Positions 37,369-49,115 of a DNA stretch of 64,000 nt are shown here, in pieces. Position 1 is the first letter of the stretch; the number at the start of each line of letters is the position of its first letter. Position numbers and translations under genes: made by a program. Under the pieces are notes generated by a model that was given only the letters and a program-made list of their open reading frames with translations, had not been told where the DNA came from and did not search any database. Location: assembly GCA_965208125.1 (NCBI GenBank), contig OZ242320.1, positions 2,976,001-3,040,000 of the forward strand, in the 5' to 3' direction. This DNA comes from Candidatus Latescibacterota bacterium (GTDB lineage Bacteria; Latescibacterota; UBA2968).

Positions 37369-38563
37369 TCTTTTTTCGCGATGGATCAAAATAGTTGACG
37401 ACGCTGCGCGCGAGTATTTTGGCACCTATGATCAGGGCGCGTTCATCAATGTCGAAGTCGGGTGCATGCAAAGGCGGGGCACTTCCGCGGGCGGGCATGC
37501 ATCCCAGGCGAAACAAGCTGCCGGGCACATGGTCGAGATAATTGGCAAAGTCTTCGCCCCCCATGCTCGGTCTGGCGATGGTTTGAACGTGTGTTTGGCC
37601 CAATAGATCGATGGCATTTTGGCGGATCAGTTCGGTGAGTGCGGGGTCGTTATTGACCGATGAGGGGCCGGTGAGAAAGCGAACATCGATTTCCGTGTCG
37701 GTGAGATTGGCTATGCCATTGGCTATCTTGAGGATGTGATCCATGGCATGGGCTTGAGAACTGCCACTGAGGGTGCGAAGGGTGCCTTGAAGCAGAGCCT
37801 GGCCGGGTATGACGTTGGGATTTTCGCCCGCAGAGATATGCCCAATTGATATGACAATCGGGTCGTAGGTATCTACATTGCGAGGCAATGATTGATAAAG
37901 CGCAGTGATGACCTGTGCGGCAGCGACGATGGGGTCTCGCGTTTCCCGGGGGCGCGCGGCATGTCCGCCCCGGCCCTGGATGCAAATTTCTATTTCCGCG
38001 CAATTGGCTGTGAGCACGCCTTTGCGTGTGCCCACAGTGCCTGCTGGACGCGAGGGATCGAGATGAAGACTGAGCAGGCCACAGACGTTTTTGAGGGCGC
38101 CAAAGGCGATCATGTCTTTGGCGCCGCGATTGGTTTCTTCAGCAGGTTGAAAGATGGCGCGCCAGTGTACAGGCCACGGCAATACCTGGTCGCATTCCAG
38201 AAGACCCAAAATAGCACCGAGCACTGTGGCTGTATGACCATCGTGTCCGCAGGCATGCATCACACCTGGTACGCGACTGCGATAGGGCACATTTTTGTCA
38301 TCTTGTATGCGAAGTGCATCGATATCGGCTCGCAGGCCTATACGCGTGTTTTCCAATGTATTGTCGGCTATAACGCCACAACTTCTGGGACCTATCTGTA
38401 CATGGCATCTGGTCTGTTGTAACAATTTGACGAGATAGCGCGTGGTTTCCACTTCGCGACCGCTGGGTTCGGGATACATGTGCAGATCGCGGCGGACGCG
38501 TATAATTTTTTTGCGTTGTGCGTCAATGGCACGGTCGAGTTTTTGTGTCCAGGTATTGGGCAT
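37343..38563 (-). CDS. M20 family amidohydrolase
   Basis: LRADIDAL, MHACGHDGH, FQPAEE, GEDF, LHAPDFDIDE. Confidence 0.94.
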   Translation of the reverse strand: MPNTWTQKLDRAIDAQRKKIIRVRRDLHMYPEPSGREVETTRYLVKLLQQTRCHVQIGPRSCGVIADNTLENTRIGLRADIDALRIQDDKNVPYRSRVPGVMHACGHDGHTATVLGAILGLLECDQVLPWPVHWRAIFQPAEETNRGAKDMIAFGALKNVCGLLSLHLDPSRPAGTVGTRKGVLTANCAEIEICIQGRGGHAARPRETRDPIVAAAQVITALYQSLPRNVDTYDPIVISIGHISAGENPNVIPGQALLQGTLRTLSGSSQAHAMDHILKIANGIANLTDTEIDVRFLTGPSSVNNDPALTELIRQNAIDLLGQTHVQTIARPSMGGEDFANYLDHVPGSLFRLGCMPARGSAPPLHAPDFDIDERALIIGAKILARSVVNYFDPSRKKNGDCHDPT

Positions 38564-38730
38564 GCTTCTAAAAATACTGATAATTTTTTTTTTGCGCTAT
38601 AATATTGTTTTAAGTGGTTCGCAGGCTCCTGCAATACCTGTTTTCTCTTGACTTCCTGTCGTGTATGGTTGAAATTAGGTCGTCATTTTGTAGCAATAGA
38701 TAACCGAAGATTATTTCTAAGGAGCGTGTT

Positions 38731-38964
38731 ATGTGGCGACGACAAGAAGCAAATCGCGATTTTTTTTGGATTGGAGTCGTAGTTGGCCTTGCTGCCGTTA
38801 GCCTCGCCGTTGTGGGATTTTTGTTGGGAACGGAAATGGGGCGAAATACGCGCACGAGATTGGGACAGACCGTTCAACGCGTGCGTAGCCGCATTGATGG
38901 TTCGGCGGAATCCAATGGTTCAACAGAATCCAAGGAGTCACCCGCTGAAGAATATATAGATTAA
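38731..38964 (+). CDS. Small YtxH-like membrane-anchored protein
   Basis: RBS AAGGAG; FFWIGVVVGLAAV..LLGTEMGRNTRTRL. Confidence 0.65.
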   Translation: MWRRQEANRDFFWIGVVVGLAAVSLAVVGFLLGTEMGRNTRTRLGQTVQRVRSRIDGSAESNGSTESKESPAEEYID

Positions 38965-39025
38965 AAAGAGCCCCGGGTGTGTTTCTGGATTGAACTACCC
39001 GAGTGGTTAACCGATAAGAGGTGAG

Positions 39026-39069
39026 ACGCAAGAAGTAAAACGCGAGGGCGTTTTATTTCTTGCGTTTTT
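39026..39069 (+). terminator. Intrinsic terminator
   Basis: ACGCAAGAAGTAAAACGC-GAGG-GCGTTTTATTTCTTGCGT followed by TTTT. Confidence 0.7.
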
Positions 39070-39073
39070 ATAT

Positions 39074-39577
39074 GTGATGAATTTGCTTTATAAACCCGAT
39101 GGATATCCCATTTATGCCGTTGTGGAAAATGTTCGTTCACTGTTTAATGTGGGCGCGATTTTTCGCTCGGCAGATGGGATCAACGCATCGGGGGTTTATT
39201 TAACGGGATTTACGGGATGTCCCCCGCGCAAGGAGATCAGTCGCGTGGCGTTGGGCGCAGAAGAGACCGTGCCCTGGTATTATGAACGGGATACGGCAAA
39301 GTTGATCGGCGATTTGCGCTCGCAAGGTGTACAGGTGGTTGCGTTAGAGCAAACACCAGATAGTGTCGATTTCCGAACTTTTTACTATCGCTGGCCGGTG
39401 GCTGTGATTTTGGGCCATGAAGTGACGGGTGTGCGTCCTGAGACCCTGTGTTTGTGCGATAGCGTTGTTCACATTCCGATGTTGGGAACAAAAGTGTCTC
39501 TAAATGTGTCTGTAGCTGCAGGGGTTATGCTTTATGAATTGTTGTCCGTTTTTGAGAGACAACGAGATAGGTTGTGA
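39074..39577 (+). CDS. SpoU/TrmH family RNA methyltransferase
   Basis: NVRSLFNVGAIFRSAD, LGHEVTGV, IPMLG.K.SLNVSVA. Confidence 0.93.
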   Translation: MMNLLYKPDGYPIYAVVENVRSLFNVGAIFRSADGINASGVYLTGFTGCPPRKEISRVALGAEETVPWYYERDTAKLIGDLRSQGVQVVALEQTPDSVDFRTFYYRWPVAVILGHEVTGVRPETLCLCDSVVHIPMLGTKVSLNVSVAAGVMLYELLSVFERQRDRL

Positions 39578-39660
39578 TATACCTGGTTTGAAATCCGGGG
39601 CTGGGCGGGCTGACAATGTGGTATAACTGGCTGCTGACTACTGAGAAAGGACGTATCCCA

Positions 39661-40863
39661 ATGAGTTTACGCTTTTGCGCTGTGCTGTGTATGCTTATGG
39701 CCCTGAACGGGGAGGAACTGCGGGCTGAAACGAGCGTGTTTTGGGTGGCTAATGGTCCGATGGCATCGGATTTTGATGGCGATGGCGAGGTGACGTTTTC
39801 CGATTTTTTGCACTTTATCAATAATTTTAATGTGGATTCAGAAGATGAGAGCTATGATCCTCGCACGGATTTGAATGAGGACGGGGTCACGAATTTTAAC
39901 GATTTTTTGGCATTTAGTTCTTCTTATGGTCAAACAAAGACCTCTGATGAACCGAGCGGAGATCGATATATTATTTATGTCGCGGATTCGGATGATAGTT
40001 CGATTATGGCACTGGATTTTGATTCACACTTGCTGCTTGATTATATACCCTATCGGGGTACGGGTGGCGTGATGGTGTCTGCGGATCAGCAGTCGATTTA
40101 CGTGACGGATATATTTGGGTTTTACAAGATGAACACGCGCCATGAGGTGCAGTTTAGCGTGCCTGTTGAATCGCGGGGCAAAGCGGTGTTGAGTCTGGAT
40201 CAGACGCGGGCTTATGTGGCTGATCAGGTACAGGATCTGGTTCGGGTGGTGGATGTGGTGAATGGCGTTACCACAGATTCTATCCTGGTGGGCAATCGAC
40301 CGTTTGATGTCGCGCTCTCTCCCGATGGCACAAAGTTGTATGTGGCAAATTTTACCGATCAAAATGTGGCGGTCGTCGATTTGGAAACGATGACGGTTAC
40401 GGCGAGGATAATTATCGGTGATATTCCGGGGGAGATATCAGTTACGCAGGATGGGACGCAGGCTTATGTGACAAATTTGAGGCGCGGTGTGATTTCTGTT
40501 TTGGATCTCAATACCAATCAGGTGGTGGGCGCGCTTCAGATTGATCAAGAGGCTTCGTTTGGCGCAGAGTTTTCGCCCGATAGAAAGTTATTGTACGTGA
40601 GCGCAGAGGGCGTGTTGTTGGAAATTGATGTAGAGCGCAATTTGATTGTTCGCACATTGCGGTTGGGAGATGATTCGACGGTGCTCGGGGTTTCACCCGA
40701 TGGCTCTCGGGCTTATGTTACAACGCTTTTGAGGCAGACCAGCGGGCCGGGACTTACGGTGGTGGATTTGAATGAGTGGAAGATTCTCGGGCGATTACGG
40801 GGGTTCATTTTTCCGAGGGAGATCGCGTTTCTGGCTGTGCCGAGGAGCACGGGGTCTCAGTGA
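39661..40863 (+). CDS. Secreted protein: dockerin-like/EF-hand domain plus YVTN beta-propeller
   Basis: DFDGDGEVTFSDF..DLNEDGVTNFNDF; VGNRPFDVALSPDG..LYVAN; AYVTN. Confidence 0.85.
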   Translation: MSLRFCAVLCMLMALNGEELRAETSVFWVANGPMASDFDGDGEVTFSDFLHFINNFNVDSEDESYDPRTDLNEDGVTNFNDFLAFSSSYGQTKTSDEPSGDRYIIYVADSDDSSIMALDFDSHLLLDYIPYRGTGGVMVSADQQSIYVTDIFGFYKMNTRHEVQFSVPVESRGKAVLSLDQTRAYVADQVQDLVRVVDVVNGVTTDSILVGNRPFDVALSPDGTKLYVANFTDQNVAVVDLETMTVTARIIIGDIPGEISVTQDGTQAYVTNLRRGVISVLDLNTNQVVGALQIDQEASFGAEFSPDRKLLYVSAEGVLLEIDVERNLIVRTLRLGDDSTVLGVSPDGSRAYVTTLLRQTSGPGLTVVDLNEWKILGRLRGFIFPREIAFLAVPRSTGSQ

Positions 40864-40897
40864 GGTGAGGGTCTGATTTGATGTATAAAAGGATAAG

Positions 40898-40923
40898 AAG
40901 CGGCCTTAATGGTCGCTTTTTTT
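40898..40923. terminator. Terminator between convergent genes
   Basis: AAGCGGCC-TTAAT-GGTCGCTT followed by a T-run. Confidence 0.6.
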
Positions 40924-41620
40924 ATTTGGTTGGTAGCAACAGGTCGAGACATTCTGCCATGAGGATGTTGATGCGTTCAAATTTGTGTTGATCTGTCAGT
41001 ATTTCGTGAGGGGATTGAATATAGGGCGCATCGACGATTTCGTGGCCACAGTGATCGATTAATGCCCGGGCTGCGTTGGGCGTTGTTTCCAGATGGAATT
41101 GCAATGCGAGGATTTGATGATCGCCTACCGAGAATGCCTGATTTTTGCAGGCACGGCTTTTGGCGAGGTGAGTCGCGCCAGTGGGGAGGTCATAAGTGTC
41201 GCCATGCCAGTGAAAAACTTCGCCGGCATTGGAGAGTAGCTTTTCTATGGAACCGCTGGGCACCGTTCGCACGCCCTCAATGGGAAACCAGCCGATTTCT
41301 TTGTGGTCATTGGGATAGATCCTGGCACCGAGTACTTCGGCTATGAGTTGGGCACCCAGACAAACGCCCAGTACACGTGTACCGGTGTCCATAGCCTGTT
41401 TCAAAAACTTTTTTTCGCGCCCGAGCCAGGGGTAGTCGTGTTCGTCATAGACGCCCATAGGTCCCCCCATGACGACCAATAGGTCAATTTCATCGGCTGA
41501 TGGCAATGCCTCGCCGGCAAAGAGGCGCGTGCGTGAGATTTGAGCGCGACGCGCTTTTGCCCAGGAAGCAATGCTGCCGAGGCCCTCGAATGGCACATGC
41601 TGGAGATAATGCAGGTTCAT
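40922..41620 (-). CDS. Type 1 glutamine amidotransferase
   Basis: QHVPFEG, MGGPM, GVCLGAQ, WHGD, QFHLE. Confidence 0.92.
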   Translation of the reverse strand: MNLHYLQHVPFEGLGSIASWAKARRAQISRTRLFAGEALPSADEIDLLVVMGGPMGVYDEHDYPWLGREKKFLKQAMDTGTRVLGVCLGAQLIAEVLGARIYPNDHKEIGWFPIEGVRTVPSGSIEKLLSNAGEVFHWHGDTYDLPTGATHLAKSRACKNQAFSVGDHQILALQFHLETTPNAARALIDHCGHEIVDAPYIQSPHEILTDQHKFERINILMAECLDLLLPTK

Positions 41621-41624
41621 GATT

Positions 41625-42623
41625 TCAAGAAATGTCAACGGGTTGTTGTGTTCTCATGGACTCGTAGATGGCGTCCATTGTTTTCATATTGCCGATGCTG
41701 TTTTCGGGCGGGATGCGGTGCGGTTGCCCGGTGTCGAGGCAATCGCACAGATGGTGGAGTTGGTTCAGGAATTGAAAGACAGGTTCAAATTCATGGGTTT
41801 CAATGCCATCGCGGGTGCGGACCTCAAGGGTCGTGGGCCGGTTTTCGTTATTCCAGGCGAGTTCTGTTCGCAACATGCCATCGGTGCCTGAGATTTCAAA
41901 ATATTGTGAGGAGGACATTTTGAAGCTAAAGGTGAGTTGAGCTGTGACATGATTGGGAAATTCATAGATGGCTATAATTGTTTCATCTACTTCTCGACCA
42001 AATTCTCCCGTGGCATAGACGCGGATGGGGTCGGCGTTGGCTATGAAGCGGGCATGATGGGTGTTGTAACACCCCAGGTCATAGACTGCGCCACCGCCTT
42101 TTTCTTTGTTGAATCGCCAGTTGAGTTCGGGTTTTCGGCGGTCGTCTGAAACACCGGTGCAAAAGGTGCTGCGAATGTTGCCCAGCGTTCCGATTTTTCC
42201 ACTGTCGAGAATTTCTTTGGTTTTGAGATGTAAGGGGTGATGGCGAAATTTGAAGGCTTCGGCGAGGAGGATATTGTTGGCTTTGGCACAGGCGACCATT
42301 TCTCGGCATTCTGCAGCGGTTTGTGTGATGGGTTTTTCGCAGAGGATGGCGCGGACTTTTTGCGATTTTGCAATTTGATTGCTCAGGCTGGCGTGAAAGC
42401 GCCCCCATGTGCAGATGATGGCGATGTCGAGGTTTTCATTGTCGAGCATCAGGTCGAGATCGGTATAACCTTTTCGGACGTCAAATTCACCGCGGTATCT
42501 CTCAACTGCTTCGGGTAAGACATCGCAGACTGCAACGATTTCTGCGCGGTCAGATTGTGCTGCAGCCCGACCATGAGCACGCGAGATACCGCCAGCACCA
42601 ACAATTCCAATGCGATAAGACAT
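41625..42623 (-). CDS. Gfo/Idh/MocA oxidoreductase
   Basis: GIVGAGGIS, LCEKP, GGGAVYDLGCY. Confidence 0.93.
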   Translation of the reverse strand: MSYRIGIVGAGGISRAHGRAAAQSDRAEIVAVCDVLPEAVERYRGEFDVRKGYTDLDLMLDNENLDIAIICTWGRFHASLSNQIAKSQKVRAILCEKPITQTAAECREMVACAKANNILLAEAFKFRHHPLHLKTKEILDSGKIGTLGNIRSTFCTGVSDDRRKPELNWRFNKEKGGGAVYDLGCYNTHHARFIANADPIRVYATGEFGREVDETIIAIYEFPNHVTAQLTFSFKMSSSQYFEISGTDGMLRTELAWNNENRPTTLEVRTRDGIETHEFEPVFQFLNQLHHLCDCLDTGQPHRIPPENSIGNMKTMDAIYESMRTQQPVDIS

Positions 42624-42649
42624 GTAAAACTCCTGAAAAATAAAAACCC

Positions 42650-43264
42650 TCAGGCCAGTGCATCCAAGATATGTCGCGCAACAGATTCAGCCAGTATGAC
42701 AGAGCCTTCTTTTGAAAAATGTACGTTGGCGGGGAGTTGTATATCGTCAAGGCGTTCTATAGCATATCCATAGAGGTCATGTGTGGGAATGCCTTGTGCT
42801 TCCATGACTTTTTGTGCGATGGCGTTGTATTCAATTTCGTCGCCGGGTTTGCGGATGGACGCGCCTTCGGGAACTGGTGTGGTGGCACACCAGATCAATT
42901 TGGCACCGGTTTGTTTGAGGCGTTTGACCAGGGTGTCGAGGTTTTGTTCGTATTGGTCGGCAGGCACCTGATGTTGGCCCTGCGGTGGATCGACGCGCTC
43001 ACCCTGTTCTGTCATATAGACGATGTCGTGTAAGCCCCAGTTGAAGTGGATGACATCCCAGGAACCGTCACCGAGCCAGTTTTCGATTTCCTCTACGCCG
43101 CGTTTTGTCGGTCCGCAGTTGGTGAGCGGGCGGTGGAGATTGGCTTTGCCTTTGAGCAGTTCGCGCACGGGCACGGTATAGCCAATGGAGATGGAGTCCC
43201 CAATGATCAGTACGCGGGGAAGGCCGGGGTCGTCCTGGATGGGTTCAAATGCTGGATTATTCAC
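42650..43264 (-). CDS. SGNH/GDSL hydrolase
   Basis: [18 protein letters not shown]. Confidence 0.9.
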   Translation of the reverse strand: MNNPAFEPIQDDPGLPRVLIIGDSISIGYTVPVRELLKGKANLHRPLTNCGPTKRGVEEIENWLGDGSWDVIHFNWGLHDIVYMTEQGERVDPPQGQHQVPADQYEQNLDTLVKRLKQTGAKLIWCATTPVPEGASIRKPGDEIEYNAIAQKVMEAQGIPTHDLYGYAIERLDDIQLPANVHFSKEGSVILAESVARHILDALA

Positions 43265-43286
43265 ATGGTTCTCCTTTTTATGGGGC

Positions 43287-44945
43287 TTATGCGTTGTGCC
43301 ATGCGTCTTCCCAGGGCGTGCCTTCGAGCGATTCTGCGGCGATATCCTGAGGGCTGCGTTTGAGCACTTGTTCTTTATATTTTTTGATGCTCAATTTGTC
43401 GGGTGATAAGGAGGTTTCTTTGCTGATGGCGCGGGTAAAGGCTTCGGCAAAGGTTTCGATGCTGTCTTTTTCATCTTCGGGCAAGCGTTTGGGCCAGGGG
43501 CCGTCGTTGAGGTTGACCGTGCGGCATTCTTCTTCTGTGGGAATGCGGACCGGGCCGGGATATGAGCGTAGTCTATCGCCGTCAAGCGAATCACTCAGGC
43601 CGTGCTGTAGTTCCCAGGCGATGATTTGATCGCGAAATTTTGCCGCCAGTGCGGGGTGTTCGGCGATGAGGTTGTGCTGTTCGTGTGGATCATTTTCAAG
43701 GTCGTAGAGTTCTTCGATTCCGCCGTGGGCAAAGAAGGCGTATTTGTGTTTCTGGTTGCGTGCTGAAATCCAGCGTCCTTTGCCCTTGCCGTAGTCTATA
43801 ATCGCGGCTTCTCGAGGCTGGGATAGACCTCCACCTGTTGCGCCCAGGAGGTTTGACCCTGACAATGGGCCGTGTTTTTCCGGGTACTGAAGGTCGAGTT
43901 CTTCTATGAGGGTGGGAAAGAAGTCGAGCAGGCTGACGAGGGCATCACATTGTTGCCCCGCCTGTGTTTTGCCGGGCCAGCGGAGGAGATATGGAATGCG
44001 CACGGAGGATTCATAAGGGCAGTTTTTTTGCGAAAGGCCGTGTTCGCCCATCATTTCACCGTGGTCTGAGACAAAGAGGACAACAGTGTTATCGGATAGG
44101 CCGAGGGTTTCGAGTTCATTCAAAATGCGACCGATGCCGTCGTCAACATGAGAGATGAGGCCATAGTAAAGGGCACGCAGGCGGCGCAGGCGGTCGGGAT
44201 CGCGATGGGCACCATCCAGACGTCCGCGGCTGCCGTAAAAATTGGGTGGCAGGGTTTCGATAGGGCGGTCGGCAAAGGGCGGAAGTTCCATGTCGGCGGG
44301 GTCGTACATGTCGTCGTACGGTTCACAGGGCGCAAAGGGCGGGTGCGGCGATATCCAGGAACTCCATAAAAAAAAGGGTTGATTGGTGCGGTAGCGCATA
44401 TGTTCTCGGAGAAAGTCAATGGACCGGTCGGCGACCCAGGTATTTTTGTGGTGTTCAACAGATATGCCACAGGTTTGGGGCTGGAAGAAGAGCAGATCGC
44501 GGATGCCTTTGGGAAAACGGGTGCGAACGCCGTTTTCTCGCAGATAGCGGAGGTAGTCGTCATTGACCCGGTGATCGATACATTCTTCCATGGTGAGGAG
44601 GTTTCGGAAGCCGTAGTGCCGACCGTGAAAGTGCATTTTTCCAATGCCCTGCGTCCAGTACCTGGCGCGCAAAAGAAGCGTCATGATGGTGGGAAGTTCG
44701 GGTAAGGGACCAGGTAGCGCACTGTTGTCTGTCCAGTGGTGTCGGGACATTCTGTGTCCCGTGATGAAACTCATGCGCGCGGCAACGCAGACGGGGGTGG
44801 GCGTGACGGCCTGTGTAAAGCGTACACCGGAATTGGCGAGCGCGTCGAGGTTGGGCGTGCGGATCGTTGTATTTCCAGCGCAGCCCAGGGCATCTGCGCG
44901 CTGCTGGTCGGTCATAAGGACGAGAATATTGGGGCGATCAGACAT
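43287..44945 (-). CDS. Formylglycine-dependent sulfatase-like hydrolase
   Basis: [18 protein letters not shown] (CxAxR variant), GKMH, SDHG; start reset to MSDRPN. Confidence 0.9.
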   Translation of the reverse strand: MSDRPNILVLMTDQQRADALGCAGNTTIRTPNLDALANSGVRFTQAVTPTPVCVAARMSFITGHRMSRHHWTDNSALPGPLPELPTIMTLLLRARYWTQGIGKMHFHGRHYGFRNLLTMEECIDHRVNDDYLRYLRENGVRTRFPKGIRDLLFFQPQTCGISVEHHKNTWVADRSIDFLREHMRYRTNQPFFLWSSWISPHPPFAPCEPYDDMYDPADMELPPFADRPIETLPPNFYGSRGRLDGAHRDPDRLRRLRALYYGLISHVDDGIGRILNELETLGLSDNTVVLFVSDHGEMMGEHGLSQKNCPYESSVRIPYLLRWPGKTQAGQQCDALVSLLDFFPTLIEELDLQYPEKHGPLSGSNLLGATGGGLSQPREAAIIDYGKGKGRWISARNQKHKYAFFAHGGIEELYDLENDPHEQHNLIAEHPALAAKFRDQIIAWELQHGLSDSLDGDRLRSYPGPVRIPTEEECRTVNLNDGPWPKRLPEDEKDSIETFAEAFTRAISKETSLSPDKLSIKKYKEQVLKRSPQDIAAESLEGTPWEDAWHNA

Positions 44946-44956
44946 GGTGTTTGATA

Positions 44957-46453
<1,497 letters not shown>

Positions 46454-46511
46454 CTATAGTAAAGTCGAGAAAGTCGATGAGGATTATTTTCCCCTTTAGA
46501 TTATAGAATAC

Positions 46512-46546
46512 AAAAATCCCCTTGACGCAGACACATCAAGGGGATT
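46512..46546 (-). terminator. Intrinsic terminator (attenuator) in the guaB leader
   Basis: AATCCCCTTGA-N10-TCAAGGGGATT 11-bp stem plus U-run, about 70 nt before guaB. Confidence 0.8.
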
Positions 46547-46644
46547 CAAGCGGCAGGCACAGTTACACACGCCGCTCCGAGGCCTGGCGGAGGTGTAAAC
46601 CGCCGTTTTTTTCGGCAACAATAAGTGTAAAGCCTCTGGTACAT
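46546..46644 (-). CDS. Putative guaB leader peptide (32 aa)
   Basis: GGAGAAGATC-ATG; MYQRLYTYCCRKKRRFTPPPGLGAACVTVPAA*; the stop abuts the terminator stem. Confidence 0.55.
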   Translation of the reverse strand: MYQRLYTYCCRKKRRFTPPPGLGAACVTVPAA

Positions 46645-46675
46645 GATCTTCTCCAAATCGCAATTAGATTTGCCA

Positions 46676-46704
46676 AATATACCGCTTCTCTTTTGTTCTG
46701 TCAA
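46676..46704 (-). promoter_or_regulatory. Sigma-70 promoter of the guaB leader
   Basis: TTGACA-N17-TATATT on the minus strand. Confidence 0.8.
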
Positions 46705-46943
46705 TATGTGTGAAATAGATTTTGTTCACAGGGGTCTCTGGAAAAGGGGTTGACACCGATCTTAACTGCTTATATTTTTTATTTTTATTCACACGAACTT
46801 CCAATGTTGTTGTCGGTTGATTAGCTGTTTTAAATTTTTAAGACCGGGATAATTAACATTCCTCATAACGCATTGTTGTAGAGTTGGATATACCGGGAAC
46901 TCTACTGATTTGTATTTCGTTATAATCTAAAGCAGATTTTGGC

Positions 46944-46972
46944 TTGACAGGGTTTTTTTCATTCATTAGATT
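46944..46972 (+). promoter_or_regulatory. Sigma-70 promoter for the TPR-exbBD-tonB cluster
   Basis: TTGACA-N17-TAGATT. Confidence 0.6.
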
Positions 46973-47107
46973 CTTCAGCCCTGCTACCTGTAATTGCATT
47001 ATTTTTTAGGAGTGAGTTATATATTGTTATTAGCAGGGAAGCGGCTTGTCTAAACTATGTGTCGTTTCCTCCAAATTTTTATTCACAATATTATGGAGAC
47101 TGGAGCC

Positions 47108-48430
47108 ATGATTTTGGATTTGAAATTCCGATCTGGTTTTTTGGTTTTGCTGTGTGGGTTTTTTGTTTTGAGTACAGCGTCATTTTGTTTTGCCGAAGAA
47201 GGCGAGACCGAGATGACACAGGCGGATTCTATCAAGAGGGCCAGCCAACATTTGGGTTGGGGTGCTCGGTATCTTAATAGTGGGCAATATGAAGACGCCG
47301 AAACACAGTTGCTCAAATCATGGGGGTTTAATCCCAAAAGAGCAGCAACGGCTCGACGCCTGGGCAAATTGTATAATGAAACAGAAAAATATGGGGACGC
47401 TATTCGATGGTATCAAAAAGCCATTGAGATTGACCCTATGACCAAGTACACCAGAGGAGTACACAAGATATTGAGCAGTATCTATGAAATACAGGAGCAG
47501 CCTGAAAAAGCCATTGGAAGTTATGAAGCATTGCTGGCATTAGACCTCGAGTTAGAAAAAATAATTAAAGAAGCGTTGTTGGCCCCCGAGTCAGAGAAAA
47601 AAATTAAAGAAGCGTTGTTGGCATTTGATCTCAAGTCAAAGGACATGAATAAACTCGAAGAGGAAAAGAATAAACTCGCGGAGGAAAGAATTCCAACTTA
47701 CCATAAGCTGGTCAGTTTGAATGTTGAAACTGAAGACTATGAGATGGCATTGGATTATGCCAAAAAGTGGGGTGAATTGGCTCCTGATGATCCCGAAGTG
47801 CGGGATATGATTGGTAAATTACATCTACAAACGGGCGGCGAGGACGAAGCTCTGGCCGAAATGGAGAAAGTGCTGGAGTTAAACCCCGATGATTATGCTA
47901 CGCTGGAAAAATTGGCGGGTATGTATGATCGAAGAGGCGATGATGATAAAGCCTTTAATGCCTTTGAAAAATTATATCAAAATGATGATTCGAGTGTTTT
48001 CTTTTTGGAAGAGACCATTAAATTGGGCAAGAGGATAGGAAAATCCAAAAGCTGGATCGTTAGTCGGCTTGAAAAATTACATGCCCTGCGGCCCGACAAT
48101 TTAGGCGTGATCGAAGAATTGGCCGAGTTGACCGGAAGCCTCAAGTGGGTCAATAAAGGACTTAAACAAGATTCACAAAATGGTAGGTATCCCTATATGA
48201 TGGGGGATCATTATTTTAGCAGGTGGGAAAATTCAAGTGGAAAACAGGATTCGATCAATGCCTTGAGATGGTACAAAAGGGCGTTGATAGATCCGATGTG
48301 GAAAGGCAATGCCACTGCAATGATCCTGACACTTGATCCTCCCCTGACCGAAGAAGAAAAGAAGCGTCGAGAATTTTTTGAAGGTAGTAAAAAGAAAAAG
48401 GAGGAGGTGGAAACAGAAGGTAAGAAGTAA
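47108..48430 (+). CDS. Exported TPR protein
   Basis: Signal peptide and multiple TPRs (AIRWYQKAIEIDP, EKVLELNPDD); exact start uncertain. Confidence 0.85.
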   Translation: MILDLKFRSGFLVLLCGFFVLSTASFCFAEEGETEMTQADSIKRASQHLGWGARYLNSGQYEDAETQLLKSWGFNPKRAATARRLGKLYNETEKYGDAIRWYQKAIEIDPMTKYTRGVHKILSSIYEIQEQPEKAIGSYEALLALDLELEKIIKEALLAPESEKKIKEALLAFDLKSKDMNKLEEEKNKLAEERIPTYHKLVSLNVETEDYEMALDYAKKWGELAPDDPEVRDMIGKLHLQTGGEDEALAEMEKVLELNPDDYATLEKLAGMYDRRGDDDKAFNAFEKLYQNDDSSVFFLEETIKLGKRIGKSKSWIVSRLEKLHALRPDNLGVIEELAELTGSLKWVNKGLKQDSQNGRYPYMMGDHYFSRWENSSGKQDSINALRWYKRALIDPMWKGNATAMILTLDPPLTEEEKKRREFFEGSKKKKEEVETEGKK

Positions 48431-48491
48431 AAGGCTTTTGTGTTGTTAATCCATTTTTCGCAATTCATAACCTAACTTCGGGAGATGTGGC

Positions 48492-49112
48492 ATGGTTGAT
48501 CTTTTTATTAAAGGCGGAAACTTTATGTATCCGTTGCTGGTGATGTTGTTCTTTGGTGTTGTGGTGATGATTGAGCGCTTTTACACGCTTTTTAAGGCAC
48601 ATATCAATGCCAAAGAGTTTATGGTAGAGCTTCAGGATGCCCTCAAGCAAAATGGGCCAGAAGGTGCTGCCGAGTTGTGTTCCAATACGCGCGGCCCAGT
48701 CGCCACGGTGCTGCATGCAGGGCTGTTGCGTTTAGACCGCGGTATTGAGCATGTGGAGAAATCGATTGAGGAATCCGGTGCTATCGAAATGGCTTTTCTC
48801 GAGCGTGGTCTCGTGTGGCTTTCCACTGTTGCAAACCTGGCACCTCTTGTCGGTTTCCTGGGCACTGTGTCGGGTATGATCCGAGCTTTTAACGATATTG
48901 CCGCTGCTGGCGATGTTGATCCCAGTGTTGTGGCTGGCGGTATTTCTGAAGCTTTGATTACAACGGCTTCGGGCCTGGTGGTTGCTATTCCAGTGCAGGC
49001 TGCATACAATTTCTTCCTGTCAAAAATTGACAAGATCATCATCGATCTTCAGGAAAGTTCCAATCAATTTGTCGATGACCTGATTCAATTGGGCTACGGC
49101 AAGGAGGAATAA
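48492..49112 (+). CDS. exbB: MotA/TolQ/ExbB proton channel
   Basis: APLVGFLGTVSGMIRAF, GISEALITTASGLVVAIP. Confidence 0.92.
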   Translation: MVDLFIKGGNFMYPLLVMLFFGVVVMIERFYTLFKAHINAKEFMVELQDALKQNGPEGAAELCSNTRGPVATVLHAGLLRLDRGIEHVEKSIEESGAIEMAFLERGLVWLSTVANLAPLVGFLGTVSGMIRAFNDIAAAGDVDPSVVAGGISEALITTASGLVVAIPVQAAYNFFLSKIDKIIIDLQESSNQFVDDLIQLGYGKEE

Positions 49113-49115
49113 AAC

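Noticed and set aside
46570-46592. CCAGG...GAGCGGC resemblance to the SRP RNA core
   Set aside because: Lacks the 3-bp stem with GNRA tetraloop and the long enclosing helix.
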